In this document: in pieces, positions 9,811 to 19,578 of the stretch | How the letters are laid out: the number at the start of each line of letters is the position of its first letter | How positions within the stretch are numbered: the first letter of the stretch is position 1 | NCBI GenBank assembly: GCA_964626365.1 | Contig: CAZVDL010000002.1 | Coordinates: 19,966 to 83,965, forward strand | Length of the DNA stretch: 64,000 nt | From: an uncultured Nitrososphaerota archaeon | Lineage (GTDB): Archaea; Thermoproteota; Methanomethylicia; Nezhaarchaeales; B40-G2 | Reading direction: 5' to 3' | Program-made: the position numbers and the translations under genes | The notes under the pieces: model-generated | The model's input: only the letters and a program-made list of their open reading frames with translations | The model's database searches: none | Told to the model about the DNA's origin: nothing

Positions 9811-11160
9811 TTAGCGTTTAGAGGTCTTTTCCCCAAGCCTTCTCAACAGCTTCTCCTTCTCCTTTTCAGCCTCGACTAACAGGTCCTCTACCTTCATCCT
9901 CTTAAACTCCCCATCCTCAACTATCAACTCCCCGTCCACCAATACATGCCTCACATCCAGTGACCTCGCTGCATAGACAAGGTGGCTTACCTCGTCGTAT
10001 AAGGGGGTTAAGTGGGGCTTCCTAAGCTCCACGGCCACTAAGTCGGCTTTCATCCCGGGCTTGATCTTACCGGTTGTTTGCCCTAAGCCTAGGGCTTCAG
10101 CTCCTCCAGCTGTAGCCATCTCCAAGGCTGTCCACGCTGAAATAGAGGTAGGGTCTCTCGAGACGCCTTTATGTAGAAGGGCCGCCAGCTTGACGGTCTC
10201 GAGTAAGTCTAGTAGGTTGTTGCTACAGGCGCTATCAGTTCCCAGGGCCACGGTCACGCCACTGCTCAAAAGCCTCGGCACGGGTGCTATGCCTGAGCCT
10301 AGTTTTAAGTTGCTTACAGGGCAATGTACCACCTTAACTCCTCTACGAGCTAAGACCTCTACGTCTCCATCTGTTAGCCAGACGCAATGTGCTGCTACTA
10401 CGTCTGGTCCAAGTACACCCAGCCTATCAAGGTACACTGCCACCCCTCCACGTACATCCACCTTAAACGCCTCCTCCACCTTGAAGGCCTCGTCCTCAGT
10501 TTCAGCTAGATGTATATGCCATAGCAGTCTATCGCCTAGCTTAGAGCTCAGCTCGTCGGTTAGCAGCCTCAACTCCTTAAGGTACTCAGGGCCCACCGTG
10601 TAGGGGGCGTGAGGGTCTATGGTCACCTTAACCCTGCCGCCGTAGGAACCATGCCACCTCCTTACCAAGTCCTCGATGGCCTTTAAGTCCTCTTCTCTAC
10701 GCCACTCAAAGCACACGTGTCCCACGAACCCCCTCAGCCCTGCCTCGGCTATCGCCTTAGCCTCGTTGTAGTCGGGGAAGTAGTGGTACATGGTGTTTAT
10801 CGTGGTAACCCCCATCAATGCCGATTCTATGCAGGCTAGTAGAGCCCCCACGTAGATGGACCTGCCGTCCATGCAGGCCTCCAGTGGCCATATTTTCTGC
10901 TCTAGCCATTGTTTTAGGGGTAGGTCGTCGGCGTACCCTCTAAGTAGGGTCATAGCAGCGTGAGTATGAGCATTAACCAGCCCAGGGATTACTGTGCAGG
11001 TGGAGGCGTCAAGTACCTCGTAGCCCCTATACTTCGGAGCCAGCTCCCTTCTAGGACCCACGTCGACTATCTTGTCCTCCTCAATTATTATCAGCGCATC
11101 TTTAATGATCCTGCCTCCGTCCATTGTGACCGCGGAACCGGCTTTAATAGCCAGGTCCAC
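9811..11160 (-). CDS. Second MtaD-like amidohydrolase (paralog of 6710..8002, inverted orientation)
   Basis: It has the same HxH, HIHLAET and GTD motifs. Patches of 98, 75 and 31 bp are 100 % identical at nucleotide level to the paralog (see repeat features). Confidence 0.7.
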   Translation of the reverse strand: MDLAIKAGSAVTMDGGRIIKDALIIIEEDKIVDVGPRRELAPKYRGYEVLDASTCTVIPGLVNAHTHAAMTLLRGYADDLPLKQWLEQKIWPLEACMDGRSIYVGALLACIESALMGVTTINTMYHYFPDYNEAKAIAEAGLRGFVGHVCFEWRREEDLKAIEDLVRRWHGSYGGRVKVTIDPHAPYTVGPEYLKELRLLTDELSSKLGDRLLWHIHLAETEDEAFKVEEAFKVDVRGGVAVYLDRLGVLGPDVVAAHCVWLTDGDVEVLARRGVKVVHCPVSNLKLGSGIAPVPRLLSSGVTVALGTDSACSNNLLDLLETVKLAALLHKGVSRDPTSISAWTALEMATAGGAEALGLGQTTGKIKPGMKADLVAVELRKPHLTPLYDEVSHLVYAARSLDVRHVLVDGELIVEDGEFKRMKVEDLLVEAEKEKEKLLRRLGEKTSKR

Positions 11161-11163
11161 GGC

Positions 11164-12228
11164 CTAAGCCCCCATGTAGCCATTAATATGAGAGGGCTCG
11201 AAGACCTCGGTCCTAAGGGAGTTGAGGGCTAGGTTTAACAGCTTACGCCTCACCTCCACGTGGAGGGTGGGGTACCATATGGGGCTGGCTATGACGAGGG
11301 CCCTCCAGGCGTAGAAGGGCTGAATCACCTTTAATAGCTCCTCGTCCCCTGTCAAATCCAAGTAGTTAGATAGGAAGGTTTTATAGAGCTCCTCGAAGGC
11401 TCCTTCAAGCCTGCCATACCGCCTAAGCGAGTAGAACACGTAGTTAATGGTCATAGCGGCCACGTCGTCCGCCGCTTCTCCCCACTCTCCTCGGCTCCTA
11501 TCCAGGACGGTAAAGTCCACCCCCTCTCTAAATAGGACGTTCCAGGGGTGGAAGTCTCCATGGACCTGGCACAGCCTATAAGCCTTGTCTTTAAGCTTCC
11601 ACCTCCACTCTACGCACAGCTTCTCAAGCTCCATGAGCTCCTCCCTGCTTACGAAGTCTGTTGAGGGAGGGTAGTTGTCTATGATACCCATGATACACTC
11701 GCCGTGCCCAACGAGCTCCCTAATTCTCCTAATGTAGAGCTCAGGCTCGTTTCTCCTAACTGAGTGTATCTCAGCCAGGTAGCTGGACAACGCCCTACAA
11801 CGCTCTCTATCCAGCTGGGTTAATTCACCTCTAGTGGCTATCTCCTCTAGGTCCCGCCAGTACTCTCTTCCTTCTGCGGCCTCAACTAGGAGAAAGAACT
11901 CTTCACATCCCTTCAGGCTAACTATCCCCCTAGGCGTAAAGGCCCCGACGTCCAGAGCCTTAACGTGCCTTGGAAGCTTGGGGTAGGCGAAGTACGCCCA
12001 TATAAGGCTGTGGGCCCTATCGGCTACGTGTTCATGTCCAAAATGGTCAGGCTTCATGGTCTGGAGGACCGCTCTCTTAACCTCTCCTTTAACCTCAAAG
12101 GTTAGGAGGCGGGGGGCGCCGTAGCCGAACTCCTTAACATCCCCCACCTCCCCGCCTAGCCTTTCAGCCTTAATCAGCTTGACAGGGGCCTCGAAAACCC
12201 TCGATAGGTAGGCCTCAAGGTTCTCCAA
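11164..12228 (-). CDS. Phosphotransferase-family kinase (APH/choline-kinase fold; possibly a methylthioribose/sugar kinase)
   Basis: It has the Brenner catalytic motif HGDFHPWNVLF and a DRSRGEWGE metal-binding region. Its position in the SAM-recycling neighbourhood suggests an MtnK-like role, but that is inferred from context only. Confidence 0.5.
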   Translation of the reverse strand: MENLEAYLSRVFEAPVKLIKAERLGGEVGDVKEFGYGAPRLLTFEVKGEVKRAVLQTMKPDHFGHEHVADRAHSLIWAYFAYPKLPRHVKALDVGAFTPRGIVSLKGCEEFFLLVEAAEGREYWRDLEEIATRGELTQLDRERCRALSSYLAEIHSVRRNEPELYIRRIRELVGHGECIMGIIDNYPPSTDFVSREELMELEKLCVEWRWKLKDKAYRLCQVHGDFHPWNVLFREGVDFTVLDRSRGEWGEAADDVAAMTINYVFYSLRRYGRLEGAFEELYKTFLSNYLDLTGDEELLKVIQPFYAWRALVIASPIWYPTLHVEVRRKLLNLALNSLRTEVFEPSHINGYMGA

Positions 12229-12262
12229 GGCACACCCCGTTAATGTCTAGGCTTTCAAGGTA

Positions 12263-12799
12263 TTAAGCTTCAAGGTAGCCTAGCTCCAATAGTTTAGCCT
12301 CTATTTTAGCCGCGGCTTCCTCGGGGCTTTCACGATCGCTCTCCACGACCACCTCTGGGCTTAACGGCTCCTCGTAGGCTCGCTGGAGCCCTGGCAGCTC
12401 GGTGATCTCGCCCTTAAGTGCTCTCCTATAGAGCCCCTTAGGGTCCCTTCTCATAGCCACCTCCAGCGGGCACTTAACGTAGACTTCCACAAACTTAGCG
12501 ATCCTCTTCCTAGCTTCCTCCCTATACTTCCTCTTATTGGCGGTGGCGTCTAGCACCACGTTAACCCCGTTCTTGACTAGGAGCTCGCCTACGTAGGTCA
12601 ACGCTCTATAAAATGAATCTCTTTCCTCCTCCGTGTACCCCTGCCTCGGCATAAGCACCCTTCGAACCTCGTCAGACTCTAGCACCTGGACCTTAACCCC
12701 CCTCTTAGCTAGCCTCTCAGCGAGGACCTTAGCTATCGTGCTCTTACCCGAGGCTGGTATGCCGGTTAACCAGACCGCGAAGCCCTCCACGCAGCCCAC
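12263..12799 (-). CDS. cysC: Adenylyl-sulfate (APS) kinase
   Basis: It has the P-loop GIPASGKSTIA and the RRDPKGLYRRALKGEITELPG motif characteristic of APS kinase. Confidence 0.7.
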   Translation of the reverse strand: MGCVEGFAVWLTGIPASGKSTIAKVLAERLAKRGVKVQVLESDEVRRVLMPRQGYTEEERDSFYRALTYVGELLVKNGVNVVLDATANKRKYREEARKRIAKFVEVYVKCPLEVAMRRDPKGLYRRALKGEITELPGLQRAYEEPLSPEVVVESDRESPEEAAAKIEAKLLELGYLEA

Positions 12800-12941
12800 C
12801 TACCTTAAGGTAGGTGGGTGCTCATCCTAAAAGGCTCCTAGTGGGGTTTTTGGGAGCACACGGCCACCATCCAGGTAGCTTAGTTTCGTCCTCACGTCAG
12901 CCACGCAAGCTTTTAAGTGGACTCCTCCCCTTAAAGGTGGG

Positions 12942-14630
12942 ATGGCTGAAAGATTAGTGGTGACGGCAGCCCTACCATACGCGAACGGGGACCTCCATAT
13001 AGGGCATGCCATAAGCACATACATCCCCGCCGACATATATGCCAGGTTTAAGAGGCTACAGGGCTGCGACGTAGTGTTTGCTTGTGGCAGCGACGACCAC
13101 GGCACGCCCATAGAGGTCTCTGCGCTAAAGGTGGGTAGGGCGCCGCTAGAGCACGCCAGGTACTACCATGACAGGCACCTAGAGGACTTTAAGCGTCTCA
13201 ACATTTCCTTTGACAACTACTACTACACCCATAGCGAGGAGAACCGTGAGTTAACTGAGGAATTCCTGCTTAAGGCTATGGAGGGGGGCTACATCTACGT
13301 AAAGGAGGTGGAGCAATACTACTGTGAGAGAGACGGGAAGTTTCTCCCCGACCGCTTTGTGGTGGGTACCTGTCCATACTGTGGGGCTGAAAATCAGTTC
13401 AGTGACCTATGTGAAAGATGCGGTAGGGTCATAGAGCCGGGCAAAATACTAAACCCTAAGTGTGCTATCTGTGGCTCCACCCCCATTAGGCGTAAATCAA
13501 AGCATTTCTTCTTCAAATTGAGTGCCTTTGCTAAGCAGCTCGAGGAGTGGCTTTCATCCTCTCCCCCTCGAGACTTTCCGAGGGAGATAGTTAACTACGT
13601 GTTAAACTGGATTAGGTCAGGCTTAGAGGACTGGGATATTACTAGGGAGGACTATTGGGGGTTTAAGCTGCCCTTTAAGGAGGCTGCCGACAACCAGTAC
13701 GTGTACGTATGGTGGGACGCCCCGATAGGTTACATAGCCTCCACGGTCAACTACTGCCGTAAGGCGGGTAAAGACTGGGAGGCTTACTGGAAGGATCCAT
13801 CAGCTAAGAGGGTCCACTTTATAGGTAAGGACATAGCCTACCATCACTTCATCTTCTGGCCTGCCATGCTGCTTGCTGTAGGCTATCCCTTACCCTCAAA
13901 GTATGTGGTCAACGGCTACCTAACCTTAGAGGGGGAGAAGATGTCGAAGAGCAGGGGCTGGTTAATACCTTTAAAGTATATACTTTATAGGTACCCTGCC
14001 GACTATCTTAGGTTCTACGCGGCCTTCAAAGCCCCCAACTCGACTAGGGACAGCGACTTCAGTTTCAAGGAGTTTCAACGCAAAGTTAACGCCGAACTTG
14101 CCGATAACATAGGCAACTACGCTCATCGAGTATTAACCCTAATCCATAGGCTTCACGGTGGGGTGGTCCCAGAGCCTAAGGACATGGACGAGGAGGATGA
14201 GGGCTTTAAGGCCTTCATAGAGTCCCTCCCTAAAACCTTCGAGGAGCTCTACGAGGAGGCTGACTTCACCAGGGTGGGAGACCGTCTACTACACTCCTTC
14301 GCTGAGGCCAATAGGTACCTTAACGTGAAGGAGCCGTGGAGGCGGGGCAGGGAAGATCCTTCGCTGGCCGCTACCACTATGTACCTAAGTGTAAACTTCT
14401 TGAGGGACGCCATGATCATCATGTACCCTATAACCCCCAGCATATCTAGCCAGGTGCTCTCCTTCATCTACGTCGAGGGCGAGCCTGAGCTAAGCTGGGG
14501 CAGCCTCGGCAAGTTTGTCGTTAAGCCTGGCACTGTGATAGCTAAGCCTAAGCCCGTGGTGAAGAAGATAGGCGACGAGGAGATAGAGGAGGACTTGGAG
14601 AGGCTTAAGAGAGGCTTCGTGGAGGAGTAA
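12942..14630 (+). CDS. metG: Methionyl-tRNA synthetase
   Basis: It has HIGH (HIGHAIS), KMSKS (KMSKS) and a zinc knuckle (CPYCG...CERCG). Confidence 0.9.
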   Translation: MAERLVVTAALPYANGDLHIGHAISTYIPADIYARFKRLQGCDVVFACGSDDHGTPIEVSALKVGRAPLEHARYYHDRHLEDFKRLNISFDNYYYTHSEENRELTEEFLLKAMEGGYIYVKEVEQYYCERDGKFLPDRFVVGTCPYCGAENQFSDLCERCGRVIEPGKILNPKCAICGSTPIRRKSKHFFFKLSAFAKQLEEWLSSSPPRDFPREIVNYVLNWIRSGLEDWDITREDYWGFKLPFKEAADNQYVYVWWDAPIGYIASTVNYCRKAGKDWEAYWKDPSAKRVHFIGKDIAYHHFIFWPAMLLAVGYPLPSKYVVNGYLTLEGEKMSKSRGWLIPLKYILYRYPADYLRFYAAFKAPNSTRDSDFSFKEFQRKVNAELADNIGNYAHRVLTLIHRLHGGVVPEPKDMDEEDEGFKAFIESLPKTFEELYEEADFTRVGDRLLHSFAEANRYLNVKEPWRRGREDPSLAATTMYLSVNFLRDAMIIMYPITPSISSQVLSFIYVEGEPELSWGSLGKFVVKPGTVIAKPKPVVKKIGDEEIEEDLERLKRGFVEE

Positions 14631-14636
14631 CGTGGC

Positions 14637-15914
14637 TTGTTTAGATTCTACATCGAGACCTACGGATGCTGGCTCAATAAGGCGGACTCAGACCTCATGT
14701 CCTCGCTACTAGAGGACGTAGGAGGTGTCTTAGTAGACTCTCCGTTAAAGGCTGACGTGGCGGTGATAAATACCTGCGCCGTTAGGGCCGAGACCGAGCG
14801 TAAGATAGTTAGGAGGCTTAAGGAACTCGAGGCCATGAAGGTGCCTAAGCTCATCGTAGCGGGCTGCTTAGCCACCTATAGGCCCGCGTTGATAGCTAAG
14901 GCTGTGCCCTCAGCCAGCCTGATTTCAACGGCGCACCCCGAAAAGGTGGTCGAGGCGGCCCTGAGCCAAGGCAGGGTGGTAGCCCTCGATGAGGGGCCTA
15001 GAACCTACCTCAAGCTTCCTAGGTTTAAGGGTGGAGCTAGGTGTATAGCTCCCATCGCGGTGGGTTGTTTAGGGGCTTGTGCCTACTGCGTCATGCCCCT
15101 GTCTAGGGGTCCTCTCAGAAGCTACCCTGAAAGTGAAGTGTTACGATATGTGAGGGAGGCTGTCGAGGCTGGCGCTAAGGAGGTATACCTTGTAGCTCAG
15201 GACGCAGCCGCCTACGGCCTAGACTTAGGCTCTACGCTACCTTCCCTGCTACGCAGGGTATGTAACTTAGACGGAGAATTCATGGTTAGGGTCGGGATGA
15301 TGGAGCCCTCCACCACCCTCAGGATCCTTGACGCCCTTCTAGATGCCTACAGCGATGAAAAGGTGTACAAGTTTCTCCACTGCCCCGTCCAAACGGGCAG
15401 CAACAAGGTCCTAGAGCTAATTAACCGGAGGTACACCGTGGAGGACTTCATGGAGATAGTCGAGGCCTATAGGTCTAGGTTTCCCGATGGAAGCTTAGCC
15501 ACTGATATCATGGTGGGGTTACCCGGCGAGGAGGAGGAGGACTTTGAGGCTACCCTTAAGCTCCTAGAGGCCATTGAGCCCGATAAGGTGCACGTAGCCC
15601 GTTTCACCCCTAGGCCCCTAACTCCCGCAGCCTCCATGGATAGCCCGCCGGACTGGGTTAAGAAGGAAAGGTCTAGGAAGGCCTCACTCCTTGTCGATCA
15701 GCTTACGCTTAAACGTAATAAACGCTGGGTAGGCAGGACCGTGAAGGTGTTAGTTACTGACCCAGGCAGGGAGGGAACCTTGATGGCTAGGACTGAGACT
15801 TATAAACCCGTCGTCCTACCGGGTGGCCGCGAACAGCTTTGGAGGTGGGCGGAGGTGTTAGTAATCGACGCTCACCCCTACTACCTTAAAGCAACCTCCC
15901 CCCACAGGGGGTAG
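14637..15914 (+). CDS. MiaB-like tRNA methylthiotransferase (radical SAM, UPF0004 N-domain + TRAM)
   Basis: It has the N-terminal YIETYGCWLNKADSD domain, a radical SAM CAYC motif (ACAYCVMP) and a C-terminal TRAM-like domain. Confidence 0.8.
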   Translation: MFRFYIETYGCWLNKADSDLMSSLLEDVGGVLVDSPLKADVAVINTCAVRAETERKIVRRLKELEAMKVPKLIVAGCLATYRPALIAKAVPSASLISTAHPEKVVEAALSQGRVVALDEGPRTYLKLPRFKGGARCIAPIAVGCLGACAYCVMPLSRGPLRSYPESEVLRYVREAVEAGAKEVYLVAQDAAAYGLDLGSTLPSLLRRVCNLDGEFMVRVGMMEPSTTLRILDALLDAYSDEKVYKFLHCPVQTGSNKVLELINRRYTVEDFMEIVEAYRSRFPDGSLATDIMVGLPGEEEEDFEATLKLLEAIEPDKVHVARFTPRPLTPAASMDSPPDWVKKERSRKASLLVDQLTLKRNKRWVGRTVKVLVTDPGREGTLMARTETYKPVVLPGGREQLWRWAEVLVIDAHPYYLKATSPHRG

Positions 15915-16172
15915 TATCGCCACCACGTCTCCATCTCTCAGCTTAGCGTCCACGTCCACTGTGACTCCGTTCAACAACACGTTGTAGCCTTCACTTAGCC
16001 CGCCTTCAACCACCACGCCCTCAAAGACCTTAGGCCAAAGCTCAGCTAGCCTACATAGAAGCCTAGAGAGCGTAGCGTACTCGTCGACCTCGACCTCCAC
16101 CTCGCCCGTGCCTAGCTTTTCCCTCAGCGAGGCAAAAACCTTCACCTTGACCCTCACCTTAAACCCCCTCAA
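15858..16172 (-). CDS. MoaD/ThiS-type ubiquitin-like small protein (SAMP-like) with a 12-aa extension after the Gly-Gly motif
   Basis: It has a beta-grasp pattern and ...DGDVVAILPPVGGG followed by CFKVVGVSVDY. Its 3' end overlaps the miaB-like 3' end by 57 nt. Confidence 0.5.
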   Translation of the reverse strand: MRGFKVRVKVKVFASLREKLGTGEVEVEVDEYATLSRLLCRLAELWPKVFEGVVVEGGLSEGYNVLLNGVTVDVDAKLRDGDVVAILPPVGGGCFKVVGVSVDY

Positions 16173-16214
16173 CCACCCAGCAGCTGGCTTTTTAGTCGCT
16201 TACGCCTAAGCCGA

Positions 16215-17312
16215 GTGATGAGCAGGGAGCGCAAATGGGCGTACCTTAGCCTCTCCTCGCGTTGGGATAGAACCGACATGGATGTGCCTATATATAGGGC
16301 CTCCGCTAGGGGGAGGTCTGTCCCCCTCCTCAAGACCTTAACCTCAAGTTACTGTGTCAATCAATGCACCTACTGCGCGTTAAGGGCGGGGAGGAGAGCT
16401 ACTAGGGCTAGGTGGAACCCCGAGGAATTAGCTGAGGTAGGGTACAGGCTCTGGCGTGAAGGGCTGGTTGAGGGCGTTTTCCTGTCCTCCACGGTGGATC
16501 GTGACCCCGACAGGTCTATGGAAGCTGAGCTCGAGGTCGCCGCGAAGCTCAGGTCTAAGGGCTTTACCGGCTACATACACCTGAGAGTGATGCCAGGCTG
16601 TAGCAGGCACCTAATACGTAGGGCTGTTGAGCTCGCCAACAGGGTGGGGGTTAACTTAGAGGCGCCTACCGCCTTGCTCTTCGCTGAGCTCTGTCCTGAC
16701 AAGGGGGGCTACCTCGTCGACGTGGTTAAGAGGCTTGAATGGTGCGTTGAGGAGGTCTATAGGGCTAGGAGGGCTGGGTTAAAGGTGGACGTCGACACCC
16801 AGGTTGTCGTGGGGGCCTTGGAGGACAGCGACGAGGACTACTTAAGGCTAGCTCAACGCTTATACTGTCGCCGCGTGTTCAGAAGGGTCTACTTCAGCGG
16901 CTTCGAGCCCATCAAGGACACCCCCCTACAGGGCAGGCCTCCATGCCCTAGGGACAGGGAGCGCGCCCTATACCAGGCCTCGTTCCTCCTAAGAGATTAC
17001 GGCTTCACCGTCGAGGACCTTAAACCCCTCCTAAGCGACGACGGGATGCTGCCGCGCCTAGGCAACCTTAAGTTGCTCTACGCTAGGGTAAACGCCGACC
17101 TATACCCAGTTGACCTTGAGAGAGCCTCTTACGAGGAACTGTTAAAGGTGCCGGGGATAGGTCCTACCTCGGCCCGCCAGCTATTAAAGCTGAGAGAAGT
17201 TAAGGGGAGGCTTAGCGCAGCAGAGGTCAGGGAGGTGTTAGGAGAGGCTAGGCTTAGGCTAGCTAGGCGCTTTCTATCGCTCGGCTCTAGGAGGCTGACA
17301 GATTTTATATAG
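16215..17312 (+). CDS. Radical SAM protein with C-terminal helix-hairpin-helix (putative DNA modification/repair radical SAM family)
   Basis: It has a CxxxCxxC motif (CVNQCTYC) and a C-terminal HhH (LKVPGIGPTSARQLL). Confidence 0.55.
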   Translation: MMSRERKWAYLSLSSRWDRTDMDVPIYRASARGRSVPLLKTLTSSYCVNQCTYCALRAGRRATRARWNPEELAEVGYRLWREGLVEGVFLSSTVDRDPDRSMEAELEVAAKLRSKGFTGYIHLRVMPGCSRHLIRRAVELANRVGVNLEAPTALLFAELCPDKGGYLVDVVKRLEWCVEEVYRARRAGLKVDVDTQVVVGALEDSDEDYLRLAQRLYCRRVFRRVYFSGFEPIKDTPLQGRPPCPRDRERALYQASFLLRDYGFTVEDLKPLLSDDGMLPRLGNLKLLYARVNADLYPVDLERASYEELLKVPGIGPTSARQLLKLREVKGRLSAAEVREVLGEARLRLARRFLSLGSRRLTDFI

Positions 17313-17337
17313 CCTTCACCCCTCGAACTACTACCTA

Positions 17338-18978
17338 GTGTCCTACATGAGGCTCCTCGCAGCCACCCTGCTCCTCCTCTCAGCTCTCTTAGCGGCGTCT
17401 ACGGTCTACGCGCATCCAGCCGTGGCTGAGAGGGTGATCGACGTAAGGCTCAGCTACGTAGTGGTAAGGGACGTGATTAGGCTACCCCCAGACTACAACA
17501 CAGTCTCCTTCGCATTACCCTCACACCTGGATGAGTACTTGGTCTCAGCCTACGTCTCCACCTCTAAAGGAGAAGTGATTAAGGTCACTAAGCTAGCTCA
17601 CCTTCCCGGCTTTCTAGGCCTAGACCTCGTCTTCTACAATGCTACGCTCCCAGGTAACGCCACCCAAGTCACCATCACTATGTGTCTAGTCAGCCCTGCG
17701 AGAGGCCTCCAGAGATCCCTTCCACTTCCTCTATACCCGTTACTGCCGTTTAAGCTGGATGCGTGTAACGTAACCATACTGTTCCCTCCTAGGGCCTCTA
17801 ACGTCACGGTCTACAACCCGAACGCTACACTCGTTGAGGAGCACGGTAGGTTTAAGGCCACCGTTACGGCGAGCGACGTAGACCCTCTACGCTTAACTTA
17901 CATCAACGCCGCTTATAGGGTTCCTGAGGACCCTGCAAGGGCTGTGTGTAGCTCTAGGAAGCAGGTCTACCTGCTAGGCGAAGGTAAGATTAGGGTCGAG
18001 GAGCACCTAACCTTCACAGGGATGGAGGAGCAAGGCAGAGTATACCTATTGAGGTTAAGACTACCGCCCAGCGTAGTGTCCATCGAGGTGTCGGACTATC
18101 TAGGGCCCTACAGCTTTAAGAGCCAGGTTCTATGGTATGAGCCGGCCACCTACGCGGTGAGGTTTACTAACGAGTGTGCCGAGCTCACCGTTAGGCCTAG
18201 GTTCTCAGTAGGCTACAGGGAGAACGTGACCTTCAAGTTGACCTATGAGGCCTCCATGGACAATGAGCTGCCTGTCCTATCCTTTAATGATTACCCCGTG
18301 GTAAGCTTAGACCTTGAGCTACTAGCTCCTAGAGGTTCAACTATAACCTTGGATCCTATGCTGCCCCTCGAAGAAGCCGATGGGTGGCTTATAGCTAGGT
18401 ACACGATTAGCTATGTTTATCCTCCTCCGTTAACGTCGTTCACCGTAAGCTATACTCCTTCACCCTCCTACCTTCCCTCTATAAGCCCCATCCCAGTTGT
18501 CCTCGTGGTTGTCCTCCTAGCCTCCATAGTTATTCTTGTAAGGTTAGGTAAGAGGCCTCTTGCAGCCTTAAAGCCATCTATAGCCCCACTACGTGAGGCC
18601 TACGCTAGGAAGGCAGCTCTCATAGCTAGGCGTCAAGGCTTACTAAGGGACCTGGCTGAGGGGAAAATTAAGAGGAGAGAATATGAGCGTAGGCTAAGGG
18701 CTCTCAATGCTGAACTGATCAAGGTGGACGACGAGGTTAGGCGGCTCAAAAAGGAGCTGGTTAGGGCGGAGCCAAGCTATGCGTCGATAATAAACCAACT
18801 AGACCAAGTGGACAGCGAGCTAAGTCGACTTGAGGAGAGGAGGAGGGAAATCGAGACCCGGTATAGAGCGGGTAAGTTGACTAAGAAGGACTTTGAAGCG
18901 GCCCTGAAGGATTTAGCGTCTCAAACCGAGTCCCTAGAGGCTAAGTTAAGGGAGTCTCTCTCTAAGTTGAAGGCTTAA
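17338..18978 (+). CDS. Membrane-anchored extracellular glycoprotein with cytoplasmic coiled-coil tail
   Basis: It has an N-terminal signal peptide, many N-x-T/S sequons, a single TM helix (IPVVLVVVLLASIVILV) and a C-terminal heptad-rich tail. Confidence 0.4.
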   Translation: MSYMRLLAATLLLLSALLAASTVYAHPAVAERVIDVRLSYVVVRDVIRLPPDYNTVSFALPSHLDEYLVSAYVSTSKGEVIKVTKLAHLPGFLGLDLVFYNATLPGNATQVTITMCLVSPARGLQRSLPLPLYPLLPFKLDACNVTILFPPRASNVTVYNPNATLVEEHGRFKATVTASDVDPLRLTYINAAYRVPEDPARAVCSSRKQVYLLGEGKIRVEEHLTFTGMEEQGRVYLLRLRLPPSVVSIEVSDYLGPYSFKSQVLWYEPATYAVRFTNECAELTVRPRFSVGYRENVTFKLTYEASMDNELPVLSFNDYPVVSLDLELLAPRGSTITLDPMLPLEEADGWLIARYTISYVYPPPLTSFTVSYTPSPSYLPSISPIPVVLVVVLLASIVILVRLGKRPLAALKPSIAPLREAYARKAALIARRQGLLRDLAEGKIKRREYERRLRALNAELIKVDDEVRRLKKELVRAEPSYASIINQLDQVDSELSRLEERRREIETRYRAGKLTKKDFEAALKDLASQTESLEAKLRESLSKLKA

Positions 18979-19043
18979 CGCTTCCCATTAAATCCGTCTC
19001 CACCCTTTAAATCCCCCTACCTAGAGGGTTAAGGTGGTAGTAG

Positions 19044-19556
19044 ATGAAGGAGGAAGAGGAGGTTAAAAGAGAGGTCCTGAGGAACTTAAAGGCCTTCAGT
19101 AAGGGCATCCTCAGCGTGCTAATCATGCAGCTATTGCTAGAGAAGCCTAGGCATGGCTACGAGCTAATGCAGGAGCTACGTAGGAGGACCCTTGGCCTAT
19201 GGAAGCCAAGCCCTGGCTCTCTCTACCCGGCGCTGAGGAGGCTTGAGGATAAGGGCTACGTGGAGTCCAGTGAGCTTAAGCATCGTGGGAGGCTCAAGCA
19301 CATCTACTCGTTGACAAATAAGGGTAGGCTTTTCATCAACCTTCTGATGAAGGAGATAGCTGAGCGCGTATCGAGGAGCGACGACTTAAGCCCCATGATT
19401 CTACCCTGTCTCGTCCGCTTAGACCTGGTCGACCTCCTAGACCCTGGCACGCTCGAGATCGTCAAGGCTCTCTTAGAGGCCAGGATCAGGAGGTTGCAGA
19501 GCATAATCGAGCGCCTCAACAAGTTAAGCTCAGAGGGAAAAGTTAATATATCTTAA
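19044..19556 (+). CDS. PadR-family transcriptional regulator
   Basis: It has a winged HTH with PRHGYELMQEL...LYPALRRLEDKGYV. Confidence 0.7.
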   Translation: MKEEEEVKREVLRNLKAFSKGILSVLIMQLLLEKPRHGYELMQELRRRTLGLWKPSPGSLYPALRRLEDKGYVESSELKHRGRLKHIYSLTNKGRLFINLLMKEIAERVSRSDDLSPMILPCLVRLDLVDLLDPGTLEIVKALLEARIRRLQSIIERLNKLSSEGKVNIS

Positions 19557-19578
19557 ACCGATATATCGTTTTCCGAAA

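Noticed and set aside
10061-10603. A 180-aa plus-strand ORF inside the second amidohydrolase gene.
   Set aside because: It is an antisense shadow ORF (S/T/P-rich) of a strongly supported enzyme gene.
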